Below are positions 27,238 to 41,532 of a stretch of DNA of 64,000 nucleotides, piece after piece. Source of the stretch: Octopus vulgaris (taxonomy: Eukaryota); NCBI GenBank assembly GCA_951406725.2, contig OX597817.1, positions 165,230,001-165,294,000 on the forward strand. The letters run 5' to 3'. Numbering within the stretch: position 1 is the stretch's first letter; each line of letters starts with the position of its first letter. The translations under genes were made by a program, and so were the position numbers. A model generated the notes under the pieces. It ran no database searches. It had not been told where the DNA came from and saw only the letters and a program-made list of their open reading frames with translations.

Positions 27238-29324
27238 CAGATAGATAGACATATCTATCCATTATCTCTCGTTATATATTTGTACGGAGAGAAAGAGAGG
27301 GGGGAGAGAGATAAGTAGATAAAAGTCTACACATACATTTATACATACATATAGCCACCCTAGTACGAGAACAAACGAAAGTAACTAGCACTTATTACAT
27401 TTAGTTCGAACTATAAATATTTGATAACTAGTTGATTTAAGTGCACATTACTTAAAGTTTCGTCGCTACAGATACGTTTCTATATCCTCCAGTGTTCGGT
27501 CGTGGGAGTGAAGAGAATTTAATACCTGATTATGCTACTCAAAAAGTGAAAAACACAATGGTTTTTCACCTTCTTGGGCAAATAAAACAGAATATCTATT
27601 TCTTTCACGTACTACACTCCACACAAAACATTATTTATAACCTTGTGCAGCTACTAAATTCTATTGCTAATGATGGATTACTGGCAAAATCGATGTAGCA
27701 CCTAAAAAGGCTTTACCAAAGTCACCTTTGCTTTTTTTTTTTCATTTTAGCATTTTGGGGTCGATAAAATCAGAACCATTCTAGCATTGGGAATTTAACG
27801 ATAAACTTATCCAGTTTTCGGTGTCATGATATTTTTAGGACGTCGCTCCCCGTTAACCTTATTCTGTTTAATGTAACCATCCTCGTTCTAACTGAACGAA
27901 ATAACTAACATGACTTTGTAATAGAAATAAATAAATAAATGTGCATTGCTTTATAACACTTATATTGATAATATATGCAGCTGTCATGTCGTATTACGTT
28001 ACACATAGCAGCAGGCTGCATTTGCATTCTTACTGGCCAATATTAACAGCCAATCGAACAATGTGTTACTGCAACTGGCCAATGTTTGCGGTTGCTGTTG
28101 CTGGCCAGGGCTGCAATTGAATAATAATAATAATGCAAGAATCGCCAATATGATTCGGCCCATTAAATAGGGCTGATCTATAGTGATTAAATATATGACA
28201 TGAACGTAACTTGATTTGCTAGAAATAACAGATGAATATTTTTTCAAATAACACAGTTTTAGATAAGGAAAAGACACGTTAAGATAATGTAGCCTTACAT
28301 ACGCTTGTGAAAGACGGCTGCCCAAATCCAAGAACATTTCAGAAACCTCTCGCAAGTCCGTCATAGACAAATTGTGACTCGCATGACTCTCAGAGCGGTA
28401 CACCTAATGAAAAATTACCTTGAATAATTTTTAGTAAGGAATCCATCTTGATGATGAGCTATATCTCATGCTGCCAGCTTCTCGATAACGGTTGCCCATG
28501 TGTACTCTACGTGACTATTTGACCTGCTAGAAATAGCAGCCAAATCTCCCTCAAATTTAACACTGCCGTTTTATAAAAATATAGAAGGGCACATCAGATA
28601 ATACCGTCCTAGATACATTATATCCGGAACGAATGATACGAGTAACGTCACTACAGTGACTTTTCACGAAGAAATTTTTGATCAGAGTTGACCATGTCAG
28701 TGGATTAGTAAGGAAACCTGAACAAAAAGATGGCATCTATGTGTTAAATCATCCTGGTTGAAACAGCAGCCAAATTTCCTTAAAACCACATCCTAGTGTC
28801 TTCAAACAACAACAACAACGACGAAGATGATGATGATGATGATGATGGTTTCTTTTGTTGGCCACAAAAGTCCAAAGTGTTGGAAATCACAAAGATTCAT
28901 TAAGAATAAAGACAACATGACCCCACCTCCAAAAAAAAAAAACAAGGATACATTCATAATAATGGTAATTAGAACTAATAATACAAGATCTCTGATACAT
29001 GGAGGCTACTACATAGGGTGTTTTGGAGCATCCCAGACACAGCCCTTAATTACGCTGGCACCCTAAGAGGTATATGCTTTTCAGAATTTTGCCGTAAGTC
29101 ATTTGGTTAATATGGGCCTTTTAGCGATGCCAAATTTTCCTCTGTCATCTACGTATCATAGCGTTTTCTAGAGAACATTAGCTTCCTTCCTACCCGCGAA
29201 ATGCTCCACAAATGCTACATAAAGAAATTGAAGTGGGTCTATCCCGTAAAAATATCTTTGTTCTCGGACCTTTCAAGCATCCATTATATAACCTCTTCCG
29301 TTTTAGCCACCAGATAGAGCAATG

Positions 29325-29440
29325 GTTCTCAAAGTAGGCGGCACTGCTCCCTTGAGGGCGGTGGAAAGAACCAGTGGAGGTGGGGTCGTTGAAGAAAAGT
29401 GAGACGATAGTGGGGTGGCCAAAAAGGGGGCGATGGATGT
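29325..29440 (+). mobile_element. Possible hAT-type element end
   Basis: Begins CAATGGTTCTCAAAGT followed by G-rich subterminal sequence, as in hAT/Charlie-type termini; partner TIR not found. Confidence 0.35.
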
Positions 29441-29514
29441 AATTTTAAATTTACTGTAGAAAGTGATCTATATTTGTGGTGATGGTGAGTGTGCGGTGGG
29501 ATAGGAATTTAGCA

Positions 29515-29845
29515 TTTTGGTACACTGTCATATTCTCTGATGAGTCTAGATTTGCTGTACTTGCTGACAGTGCTCGAGTGTGGGTCTGTGATCAAGAATT
29601 TGATGTGCAAAGATTGCGGTCAACAATGAAACCCGGCATCTCTTCTGTGATGGTCTGAGGAGCAATTTGGAGCAATGGCTGATCAGAGCTGATGGAGTGT
29701 GTGGAAAGCATAAATTCAGATAAATGGATCCATATTGCAGAAAGAACTCCCTCCCATCTTTTCCAGTGGTGAAATGATTAAAGAAGACTATTTATGGAAG
29801 ATGGAGCTTCTTGTCACATGGGTAAAATGACACAAGATTGACTTG
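29515..29845 (+). pseudogene. Tc1-like transposase catalytic-domain remnant
   Basis: WYTVIFSDESRF..VWV..TMKPG..SVMV*GAI..MEDGASCH, with stops and frameshifts. Confidence 0.85.
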
Positions 29846-30221
29846 TGCATATATGTGCATATATGCATATTTTAATATACATTTGTTTGTGCATATATAT
29901 ATATATATATAATTTGTTTTTGATTCAGTTAAACTGTATATGAGCACGTATATATGCATGATTCATTGCATACACGTACGTATACATACTTATATATGCA
30001 TACACCTATATATGCATGTTTCATTGTATATGGGGTGGGGAGGTGGTGGGGTGCGTTTGTGTTATATATAAACACTTATGTTATATATAGGTCAGGTAAG
30101 TTCATATGTGTATATAATTTAAATCAATTCCAATAAGCTTTTTCCGATTTAATACAAGCTTCTTTTTCTGATTTATGTTAAAACACTATATAATATATAG
30201 GGTTTTAACATAAACATACAT

Positions 30222-30291
<70 letters not shown>

Positions 30292-30295
30292 CTAT

Positions 30296-30360
<65 letters not shown>

Positions 30361-30565
30361 AAGTTAATCCAAACAAGAAAGCACAAAAAAACACAACAAC
30401 GCGAGGACGTGGAACAAGTATAGTATTATTGGACGCTCAGGAAAGAAGGAAAGAAGGAGGGTTTAACGTTTCGAGCGGAGCTCTTCGTCGGAAACAAAGG
30501 AGAAGGAAAGATCCAGAGAAGGGAAGACAGAGGAAAAAAATAGCCAACGGTACACACGAGGTCAC
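30361..30565 (-). mobile_element. ~205-bp (TA)n-embedded PLE-like element, copy 1
   Basis: Nearly identical to 37311-37515; both abut (TA)n at the same left end. Confidence 0.75.
30461..30495 (-). ncRNA. Variant minimal hammerhead ribozyme (CCGACGA core)
   Basis: Minus strand GTTT-CCGACGA-A-GAGC(TCC)GCTC-GAAAC-GTT-AAAC; palindromic AACGTT stem III. Confidence 0.6.
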
Positions 30566-30595
30566 ATATATATATATATATATGTACATACATAC

Positions 30596-30639
<44 letters not shown>

Positions 30640-31458
30640 TGTTTTAATATAAATGAGAAAAAAGTTTGTATTAAATCGGAAGAAAAAAATATAAGTATGT
30701 ATACACATGCACACATAGGCATGTACACACATAAATATTATAATCACATGGTTATAAAAATAGCATAATCATGTTGTTAAAAATGATTAGAATCTAAGGA
30801 GATAAGTGTATATTGTAGCGTACAGCCATCATGTGTTCATGCATTCATATACACAATGTTGATATTGTTATCATATATAGATGCAACCATGTCTACATTG
30901 GTGTTTGAGAACATGTACACAGTTATATGCATATGCATGTTTATATATATGTGTATGTGTGTGTGTGTGTGGATCAAAACAGCTTGTTCAAACTCCTCGG
31001 TACTCAGAGTTTCGAGCGTGTTGCTAATCTTCAGTCATAGGAATTTGATATAATATATTTATATATATGTTTGTAAATATACATAGTTACATATATACAT
31101 GTCGACTGAATGAAGGCATAGAACTTGCAGTTTACTTCAGAAAACTCGTCAATAACAGATTCGATTATACGGCGCGAACCGAGGGTATCACCGAATATGT
31201 GTCTAGAAATCCATGACTATAATACACACACAAACACCCACACTCACTTCCCCATACACATATGTGTGAACAAGAGAGAATGGATTAAGCAACACACTTC
31301 CTTGCATCATACTCCAATCGTTTCGTCGCTACTTTTCCATCTGATACTTGCCGCAAACATTATTATAAATTGCTATATTGTATATGAAAAGACATATCGT
31401 ATCATTATTTTTATTACTGCTAGCTCCTTGTATTTATATTTAAATAAAACTCACTTAG

Positions 31459-31542
<84 letters not shown>

Positions 31543-31586
31543 CAACAATAATAATAATAATGATAATAATGATAATAATAATAATA
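31459..31586. repeat. (TAA)n microsatellite
   Basis: Direct inspection. Confidence 0.9.
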
Positions 31587-32145
31587 AATGCCCTGATGCA
31601 GCACCAGTCAGTGGTTCTCGTGGCTTCTGGTCTTAACTGATCGGAAGTATTATCATGTACATCGTTTTGTCTTGGTATAAAAGATGGGCTACAGCAAATA
31701 TTCAGTTCAATATCACAGATTTGCTTGTCAGTTGTTTGACCTTAACCAGTTGACCATGTCCCTTAGTGGCTGATGATATGTGCATCTCTGATCATAAGCA
31801 GAAGTAGTGGGGGAGCATCATAGCCATGTGTTGAGAGGGATTCTTAAGGGTTTGGATAATTCATCTCTGGAAACATGGGTGTTTCGTTCAACATCCTTAA
31901 ACAACCCTTATTCAGGGACCTCTTGAGCAGGATGGGTTACTCGACCAGAAGAAAATTCTAACTGGGTTCCACCTGCAAGGTCATGTGCTGTTTATCTTGA
32001 TATGAGATCACCATGTCACGCACATATGGTTGTGATGCATGTGCCTAGTGTACCCTTATCAGACGGGTAGTCATGATGGGTATACTGGGCTTCGTATATT
32101 TTACCCCAGTGTCACTTTGATGGCATGCACTGCTCTCTCACTCAA
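31587..32145 (+). mobile_element. (TAA)n-flanked dispersed repeat, longest copy (~560 bp)
   Basis: TAA repeats on both sides; shares right portion with copies at 11.4 kb and 12.6 kb. Confidence 0.7.
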
Positions 32146-32258
32146 TGATAATAATAATAATAATTTCTAGACGTATATTCGGTGATACGCTCGGTTCTCG
32201 CTATAAAATCGATTCTGTTAGCCAATACTTATTCACGAGTTTACTGAAGCAAACTGCA

Positions 32259-32289
<31 letters not shown>

Positions 32290-33734
32290 TGTATGTATGT
32301 ATGTATGTATGTATATATGTATGTATGTATGTATGTATGCATGTATGTAATTATGTATGCATGTATGTATGTATGTACGTCAAAGCGATTGAATGTTTTC
32401 ACTGAAATGCTGTTGATATTGCATGAACGTCTCATCTCACTTAAATGCACCTTTACGACGTTTAGCATTGTGTAAAGATTATGTGATTTTGGGCCATGCT
32501 AAAGAGAGACAACATTAATTCCATGTTTAGCAAATATATAACTTTTATAAGTTTCTGTCGTTTGATGTAACCTTGAGGGTCCAACAAGATCAGACCTTAG
32601 ATAAAAGCATTCAGTCATAAACTAAGGGGCTACTGGTATTTCTGTGACAATTGTCGTGTGACCTAGTGCCAGTCAGAAACACGATTTTTTTAATATCTTG
32701 AACATTTACAAGAATTGTATTGATTGATTTCTCACAGTAAGGTTTGACTACTCAGCAAATATTTAACAAAAATGGTTTTTTAATGGAATAAATACTTAAT
32801 TTTTGAAGAGGATTCAAATCAAGTGTGAAGTAAGTGACATTAGACGAAAATAGCCTTTTTTTACCTGCAAATATTACCTGCTAATAACTCTGAAAGTCTG
32901 CAGAGCAGTATAAAAAACCTCATGGCATTTGTTTGCATTGACCTTGAAATTTCAAAACATGCTAAAAGAATATATTGGAGAACAATGTCTGTGGTCACAA
33001 TTCGCATTTATTTGGTGTGATGTGCAGGACAAAAACGGACGTGATATTTTTGAGACGTATATTTTCTGTATATTCCAAATATTGTAGATCTGGACAACTT
33101 TGTGCCAGTATCGATATCTGACCAAAAACGTACCATTAATGATGTTTTCTGAACATTCTAAAATACTTTGAAAATGTAATTTAGTTTAAACAACATGAAA
33201 ATTGTTCTAGGATGGTTTATTTGCTTGTATCAATGTTTTAATCTTTCGTATTTAATAGGATTCTTTTTAGAAGGTATGAACGCATTAAGTATATATATAC
33301 CTTCTCAAGTACATGGATATTGCCTTACTGCAGAAGCGATTAAATCTGTCTGCCTTTCATGACATCATTTTTTAAGGAGGTCTTCCCACAACAGTTGCTT
33401 CTCATTGTGTAGAAGCTTTGGAACTCTTCCATGCTCTATACGAAATTCATGGCTTGCTCACCACCGTCTACTTCTTCGTTTATTTGATTGCACCATTCGC
33501 TATTGCCAAGACTAAAGCATCACTCACCTTGTCTCTCAAAGATTTATATGTATTGAGGCCCCTTCTGCTGTAAATGTTGTTTATCTGATTAACATGCTTT
33601 GCATATAATGACAATGTTTCACACGTATACAGCTACATTATCATTAGTGCGTTTATAAGGATATACTCACTCAAAGTTACATAATCACACGTACATACTC
33701 ACATACATACACTCGTATATTATATGTATGTATG

Positions 33735-33810
<76 letters not shown>

Positions 33811-33836
33811 AATATATAAGTACATGGGTGCATGCA

Positions 33837-33877
<41 letters not shown>

Positions 33878-33879
<2 letters not shown>

Positions 33880-34061
33880 CAATTGCAGCGTGGAATGTGT
33901 TTATAAGCGTTAGATTCATCAATATTTAAATTTAAATGTTGAAGTGAATCTAACGGTTTTTGTGAATTTATTAAATGGCTTATAAACACCTTCCACGTTG
34001 CAATTGCTTTCGTTCCAGCACACGATCTCAGATCAGGTCACTTGCTATGCAAGTACATCTC

Positions 34062-34063
<2 letters not shown>
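33878..34063. mobile_element. (TA)n-embedded element with nested inverted repeats
   Basis: Outer arms 33880-33908 and 33978-34006; inner hairpin 33908-33955. Confidence 0.55.
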
Positions 34064-34120
<57 letters not shown>

Positions 34121-34186
34121 TGTGTGTGTGCGTGTGTGAAAATGTATATACTATAAGTGCATGTATGAGTGTGGAAATATAGAGAA

Positions 34187-34730
34187 AATAGAAGTAGAAA
34201 TGAGAATAGTTAAAATATTTTTTATTAACATATTTAAGGCTTTAACCGGTTCCACAGTTTACACTGATTTTCAAAAAGATCAAATAGAAAGACATGGATT
34301 ACGTTGCAGCTGTCTTACTTCTGACTAGTGCCCTATTTTGATAGGGAGTTCATGGCTCAAATTAGTATGTGTTTTGAATAAGATTTGGTTGGTAGAGGAC
34401 AGTCACATGACTGGTGTTAGCAAGTTTGCACGTTTTCCGCTACGTACGCGTGTTAGTAACAAGTGAAAATGTTTGGTGTCGTAAGTTAAGGCTGACACGG
34501 TTGACTGAACATGTCCAAACAATCAATGCTCGAATGTTTTCTGTTAAGTATTTGTAGGGAATGAACACATGATTAAGTTTATACCATAAAGACATAAGCC
34601 ATAAGAAAAGCACAAGCCATGTCTTTCTATTGAACATTTTCAAAATCAGTGAAAACCGTGAAAAAGGTTAAAGTTTTAAAGATGTTAATTAAAATATTTT
34701 AACTATTCTCAAAGCATTTCAACTTCTATT
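34187..34730. mobile_element. Element bounded by ~110-bp diverged inverted repeats (PLE-like or MITE-like)
   Basis: 34187-34297 is the reverse complement of 34617-34730; arms contain a decayed hammerhead-like TTGAAAATCAG..CTGTGGAACCGGTTAAAG. Confidence 0.55.
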
Positions 34731-35009
34731 ATACTTATATATATATATATATTCATCACCCTCTTGTACTATCTTATATCTCTCCCCACCACTACATACA
34801 CAATAACACTATAAAAAGAGTCAAAAATTCCCACAAGAACTTAGTTCAATTTGACGACTCCACGAGAATAGACGAAAGTGCTAATATATGATATATGATG
34901 TATAAAAACATGTAACATACTAATAAATATCTGTAAATATAAAACCATCCAGATTTCTGAGTACCTCATTTCTTCTAATATAAAATACCTGTACATCATC
35001 TCCAAACCT

Positions 35010-35092
<83 letters not shown>

Positions 35093-35122
35093 CATACATA
35101 CATACATACATACATACATACA

Positions 35123-35158
<36 letters not shown>

Positions 35159-35901
35159 CTCACATACAAACATATACACATACAATTCATTTTTAAAGAT
35201 TGAACTCAACTCAAAGGAAATGAAGCATAAACAGTACGGTGAATATATTTGGTAAACACCTCGCCAAATAAATGGCGTGTATATATATATGGTAAAAATT
35301 CCACCAGAAAGAGAACGGTAAAGGTTACATAGTAAATATTATTCAGGAAACTTATTAGACACTGACAAACCTAGACTTTGTACTTTGTCAGAAGGAATAT
35401 CTGAACAGGAGAGATCTTGCTTGTGTTAAAGATGAGATATGATGTCTCTTTAGTCCTGGGTGGTACTGGACGATTATACATATGCTTATACAAAATTTAA
35501 GACGGAACCAACTCAATTTATTTATAGCTACGAATAGGTGATTGTCCAATGTGTTAAACAATTTTTTTTTCTTTCTTAATGATGGCAGGATATACTTCGA
35601 GGCCATCTGGATAATGTTTCTACCAGAACTAATCATTACATAAATGATCCATCATTAAAGTATACACATACACTCACACACACAAAACACGCACTCACAT
35701 ACAAATACATACACATACTCAAACACACACACACATGTCTAGATTGACAAATAGATAGACAAAGATGTATATATAATCTGTAATATAAAATGCACATAGA
35801 GTAGACAAATACCTTGATTGATATATCGCCAAATATATATACATATACGACACATCAGACTAATGTAAATTTTTTATTGTTATAACTGAACTTCAATATA
35901 T

Positions 35902-35933
<32 letters not shown>

Positions 35934-36058
35934 TGTATGTATGTATGTATGTATGTATGTATGTATGTATGCATGAATATCCTTATTCAGTTTTATTTCA
36001 AGATTTCTTGAAAGAAAGAGAAAGAGCCGGTTTCTAACCTAGATCCAATGTATGTGTG

Positions 36059-36090
<32 letters not shown>

Positions 36091-36131
36091 TGTCTACATG
36101 TATGTATATATATACATATATAAATATATGA

Positions 36132-36180
<49 letters not shown>

Positions 36181-36469
36181 TATAGGGGTATAAGTATAAG
36201 TATATATATATATATTAGGATAGATAGATAGATATAGATATATATGCACACATATACATACTCACATACACACATTCAATGATCTATAAAGTGGATTTTA
36301 TATAAGAAATAAAAATGAAAGGACGCAAGTTAAATATTATTTTTATACTATATTCGTTCGATGATTATATTCATTTGCATAAAACAATATATAAAGACAC
36401 GTAATAATAAATTGTGATATCACATAACACAAAATGAAGTGTATATATAGTGATAGATATATGTGTACG

Positions 36470-36500
<31 letters not shown>

Positions 36501-36532
36501 GTGTTAATGGTTAACAAGGTAAAAATACACTC

Positions 36533-36578
<46 letters not shown>

Positions 36579-36774
36579 AGAGAGATGTATATATACATAT
36601 ATATATATACATACATCTAGATATATGAAAATATATATACATCTATATATATGTGTGTATGTTTATACACACACGCATACGTATTCATGTTAAGCATAGG
36701 TCAAAACATCAATTTCTATTATAAATTAATATATAATATGCGATGATTACATTAATATATGTAAAATATATATA

Positions 36775-36975
36775 CATATATATACAAAATTAGAAAATGG
36801 AGAAACATACTTAAATCAATCAATCATCAACCATCAGATAATACCCAATCAATACTTTATTACACCATTACATAACACAAAACAGTTTCCAAAAGTTTAT
36901 TACGCAAACATGCTTATTTCGTACAGTATCATTAACATTATGCCTTCATGCATCATACATACATACAGGCATACA

Positions 36976-37013
<38 letters not shown>

Positions 37014-37147
37014 GTACAATTATATCTATGTTAAAATATATATAAATATATATACAAAATTAGAAAATGGAGAAACATACTTAAATCAAACAATCATCAA
37101 CCATCAGATAATACCCAATCAATACTTTATTACACCATTACATAACA
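36775..37147 (+). repeat. Local direct duplication of ~100 bp (36775-36877 and 37045-37147)
   Basis: ACAAAATTAGAAAATGGAGAAACATAC...ACACCATTACATAAC occurs twice. Confidence 0.75.
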
Positions 37148-37247
37148 GCAAATACATTATACATAATATATTGTAAATATAGCTAGACATATAAATATAA
37201 ATATAAATATAGAAATATAAAATACACATATTTATGTATATAAACGC

Positions 37248-37310
<63 letters not shown>

Positions 37311-37314
<4 letters not shown>

Positions 37315-37515
37315 ATCCAAACAAGAAAGCACAAAAAAACACAACAACGCGAGGACGTGGAACAAATATAGTATTATTGGACGCTCAGGAAAGAAGGAAA
37401 GAAGGAGGGCTTAACGTTTCGAGCGGAGCTCTTCGTCGGAAACATAGGAGGAGGAAAAATCCAGAGAAGGGAAGACGGAGGAAAATAATCGCCAATGGTA
37501 CACACGCGGTCGTAG
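37311..37515 (-). mobile_element. ~205-bp (TA)n-embedded PLE-like element, copy 2, with hammerhead at 37409-37443
   Basis: Same core, stem II and stem III as 30461-30495; one substitution in stem I (A to G on the minus strand, a possible G-U pair). Confidence 0.75.
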
Positions 37516-37566
37516 ATATGTGCATATACATACATACATACATACATACATACATACATACATACA

Positions 37567-37638
<72 letters not shown>

Positions 37639-38004
37639 AATATATACACACACATACATGTGTGTGTTTGTGGAGATTTAGTTATGTATATATATATATA
37701 TATATTCACAAGATATACATATGTATGTGTATGTGTATATACACACCTGGTTTGAAACTATTAGTCATTGTGATTCAAGGAATTTTTCAGTACCTACATA
37801 ATTATCTATCTCTCTGTCTGTCTGTTTGTCTGTCTCTCTGCCTGTCTGTCTGTCCCTGCATATCTGTCTATGTTTCTACTCCGCTTATCTAACATGTAAA
37901 TAGTGAGCTAACTAGTGATGTACCCATCTGTGTAACTTAGTATATGTTTATGCATGTATGTATAATTGTGTACATTTATGTATGTATGTTTCTATGTTTC
38001 TGCG

Positions 38005-38087
<83 letters not shown>

Positions 38088-38090
<3 letters not shown>

Positions 38091-38179
38091 TCTTACTCTT
38101 ACTCTTTTACTTGTTTCGGTCATTTGACTGCTATAATGGTCCCTTTACATACTGAATACTTGGTGAAATTGCAATTGTT

Positions 38180-38242
<63 letters not shown>

Positions 38243-38562
38243 CACCGCCTTTAGTCGAGCAAATCGACCCCGGGACTTATTCTTTGTAAGCCCAGTACTT
38301 ATTCTATCGGTCTCTTTTGCCGAACCGCTAAGTGACGGGGACGTAAACACACCAGCATCGGTTGTCAAGCAATGCTAGGGGGACAAACACAAAGATATAC
38401 ACACACACTTATATATATATATACATATATACGACAGGCTTCTTTCAGTTTCCGTCTACCAAATCCACTCACAAGGTATTGGTCGGCCCGGGGCTATAGC
38501 AGAAGACACTTGCCCAAGATGCCACACAGTGGGACTGAACCCGGAACCATGTGGTTGGTTAG
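38088..38562 (-). mobile_element. SINE family A copy interrupted by a foreign fragment and (TA)n
   Basis: Family A sequence on both sides of 38135-38240; the insert matches ~24635-24710. Confidence 0.75.
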
Positions 38563-38639
38563 CATATATATATAAATGTTTAGATTTTATATGTATAGTA
38601 TTATCTAAATATATCCAAATATACACATATATACATACA

Positions 38640-38716
<77 letters not shown>

Positions 38717-38841
38717 GGAGGTAAGGATTTATTATGTAATCTTGTGTACTTTTGTGCGTATGTATGCATAGGTATCTATGAGTGTATATATTCTTAAGTG
38801 CTTATAAGTATGCCTGTATGTATGCATTTATGTAGATACGT

Positions 38842-38876
<35 letters not shown>

Positions 38877-38927
38877 CACTTACATATGTGTGTTTCTGGA
38901 GATATAGTTATGTATGTATTGAAATTG

Positions 38928-38968
<41 letters not shown>

Positions 38969-39052
38969 TGTGTGTGTGTGTGTGTATTGGTGTATCTTAT
39001 CTTTTTATATATGTATATAAATATGTATACTAATGTATCTAAGTATGTGTGT

Positions 39053-39087
<35 letters not shown>

Positions 39088-39091
<4 letters not shown>

Positions 39092-39408
39092 CTCTTTTTT
39101 TTTTTATTTGTTTCAGTCATTTGACTGCGGCCATGCTGGAGCACCGCCTTTAATCGAGCAACTCGACCTCGGGACTTATTCTTTTTGTAAGCCCAGTACT
39201 TATTCTATCGGTCTCTTCTGCCGAACCGCTAAGTAACAGGGACATAAACACACCAGCATCGGTTGTCAAGCAATGCTAGGGGGACAAACACACACACGCA
39301 TATATATATATATACATATATACGACGGGCTTCTTTTCAGTTTCCGTCTACCAAATCCACTCACAAGGCTTTGGTCGGCCCGAGGCTATAGTAGAAGACA
39401 CTTGCCCA
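39088..39408 (-). mobile_element. 5'-truncated SINE family A copy
   Basis: High similarity to 21005-21355. Confidence 0.8.
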
Positions 39409-39495
39409 CTTGAAGACACTGTGTATATATATATATATATATACACAGAAATATATATATATGCATATATATATGTATATATATATATATGCATA

Positions 39496-39538
<43 letters not shown>

Positions 39539-40007
39539 TTGCATTTGAGTACATCCATGTTTAATTATGTGTTTGCATGTACATGTCTAGGTATGTCCGC
39601 ATTTGCTTAGTCGGCTGCCTCAGTTGTATGGACCCGTATGTTTTAGTCAATGTTCTCAAGTACGTATTTCATATGGTTAAACATATGCAATGTAACGTCC
39701 ATTGTGAACGTTTTCAAAATGCATTAGTGTTTCTCTTAATCGCCTGTATTTCAAATATTTTTAATTATTTAAAACGCGAAAACCCCTCTGACTTTGTGAT
39801 CGGCTCATTCCTCGTTATCTTACAACTAAATACTTTAAAAACCTCAATTTTAAATTGCACCCTGAGATTTTAACGTACACTCAGCGTACTCATGTATAGT
39901 TTAGGGATTTTTCTTTCGCTAAAAGGCAGTATGTAAAATGTTATGTCAAATGTTAGTTTACAAATACATACAAACATACATACGTCCATACAAACATATA
40001 TACATAC

Positions 40008-40062
<55 letters not shown>

Positions 40063-40272
40063 AACACATGCACACACACGCATATAAACACATAAACATA
40101 TATATTTATATACATATATATAAATATACAAACACACACACACACATATATATATAATATGTATATATATATATATATATATGTAATATGTATACACAAA
40201 CATATACATATATGTACAAGTACACACACACATATATATATGTATGTATTTATATATATGCATGTATAAATG

Positions 40273-40326
<54 letters not shown>

Positions 40327-40964
40327 AGTATGTATGTATACATACATCTATACAAATAGAAGATATGAATGGGTTTTAGGAACGTATGTTTGTAAACAAA
40401 TACACTATTGTCCGTACAATTTAATACAGATATATATAGTGTTTATACAGTTGTACTTAGATACACACATACACAAACATATACGCACACGTATAAAATA
40501 ATATCGCATATATATAATCATATTATTTTATATGTATATATGTATATATGATTGTGCGCGTGTGTGTGTGACTATGATTGCTTGTAATAAAAGTTCCACT
40601 CAGCACTACATTACTCCATGTTTCGTGGGAGTAGCACGCATTCTCCTCATTAGCTGTCCGGTGAACATCATGTTGGGTAGACCTATCCTTTTCGCACAAA
40701 ATATTAAATCCTGTAGTGCTGAGACAAACGTTTATTAAATTCATGTAACACAGACCAAATATCATGAATGCAACTTTCATGCATTTTATCATTAACTCTG
40801 CTACATCCTTGTATGCAGAGTGTGTGTGTATATATACACACACATAAATACATACATGTATGAGTACATGTATGTCTGTGTCTATGTATGTATGGATGTA
40901 TAAATTGTAACAGTTGTTATTATAGTGCACTAGTGTGCCATTCAAGACACATTACGTTTTTACA

Positions 40965-41022
<58 letters not shown>

Positions 41023-41072
41023 CATACACATACACATACATATATTCATCTATGCATATATATATGTATATA

Positions 41073-41168
<96 letters not shown>

Positions 41169-41476
41169 TATATATGTATGTATATGAGAATATGAGATGA
41201 CAGAATAAAGGGTTATCTTTTGAACTTCATTAGCTTACGACTGTTTCTACTCTAAGATGTAGCGCATTCATAGTTGAGTAATTTTCTTATCACTGCTCTG
41301 TTTCTCAACTAACGCCTCGTTCTGTAGCATATGTATATTGAGTTCTACAACTGGTTATTCGTATTGCAATGAAAGATATATATATATATATTTATCAAAA
41401 GAAAAACATGATGCAAAGGATTTAGCGGTACATATGTTTCTGGCTTTTATTAGACAGTTTATATCATAGTCGTGTA

Positions 41477-41532
<56 letters not shown>

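Noticed and set aside
40570-40712. Candidate second exon on the minus strand (ctacAG|GATTT, phase 1, GFNILCEKDRS...)
   Set aside because: Weak polypyrimidine tract, no recognisable domain, no clear donor, and the frame runs into a CA repeat; cannot be supported without RNA data.
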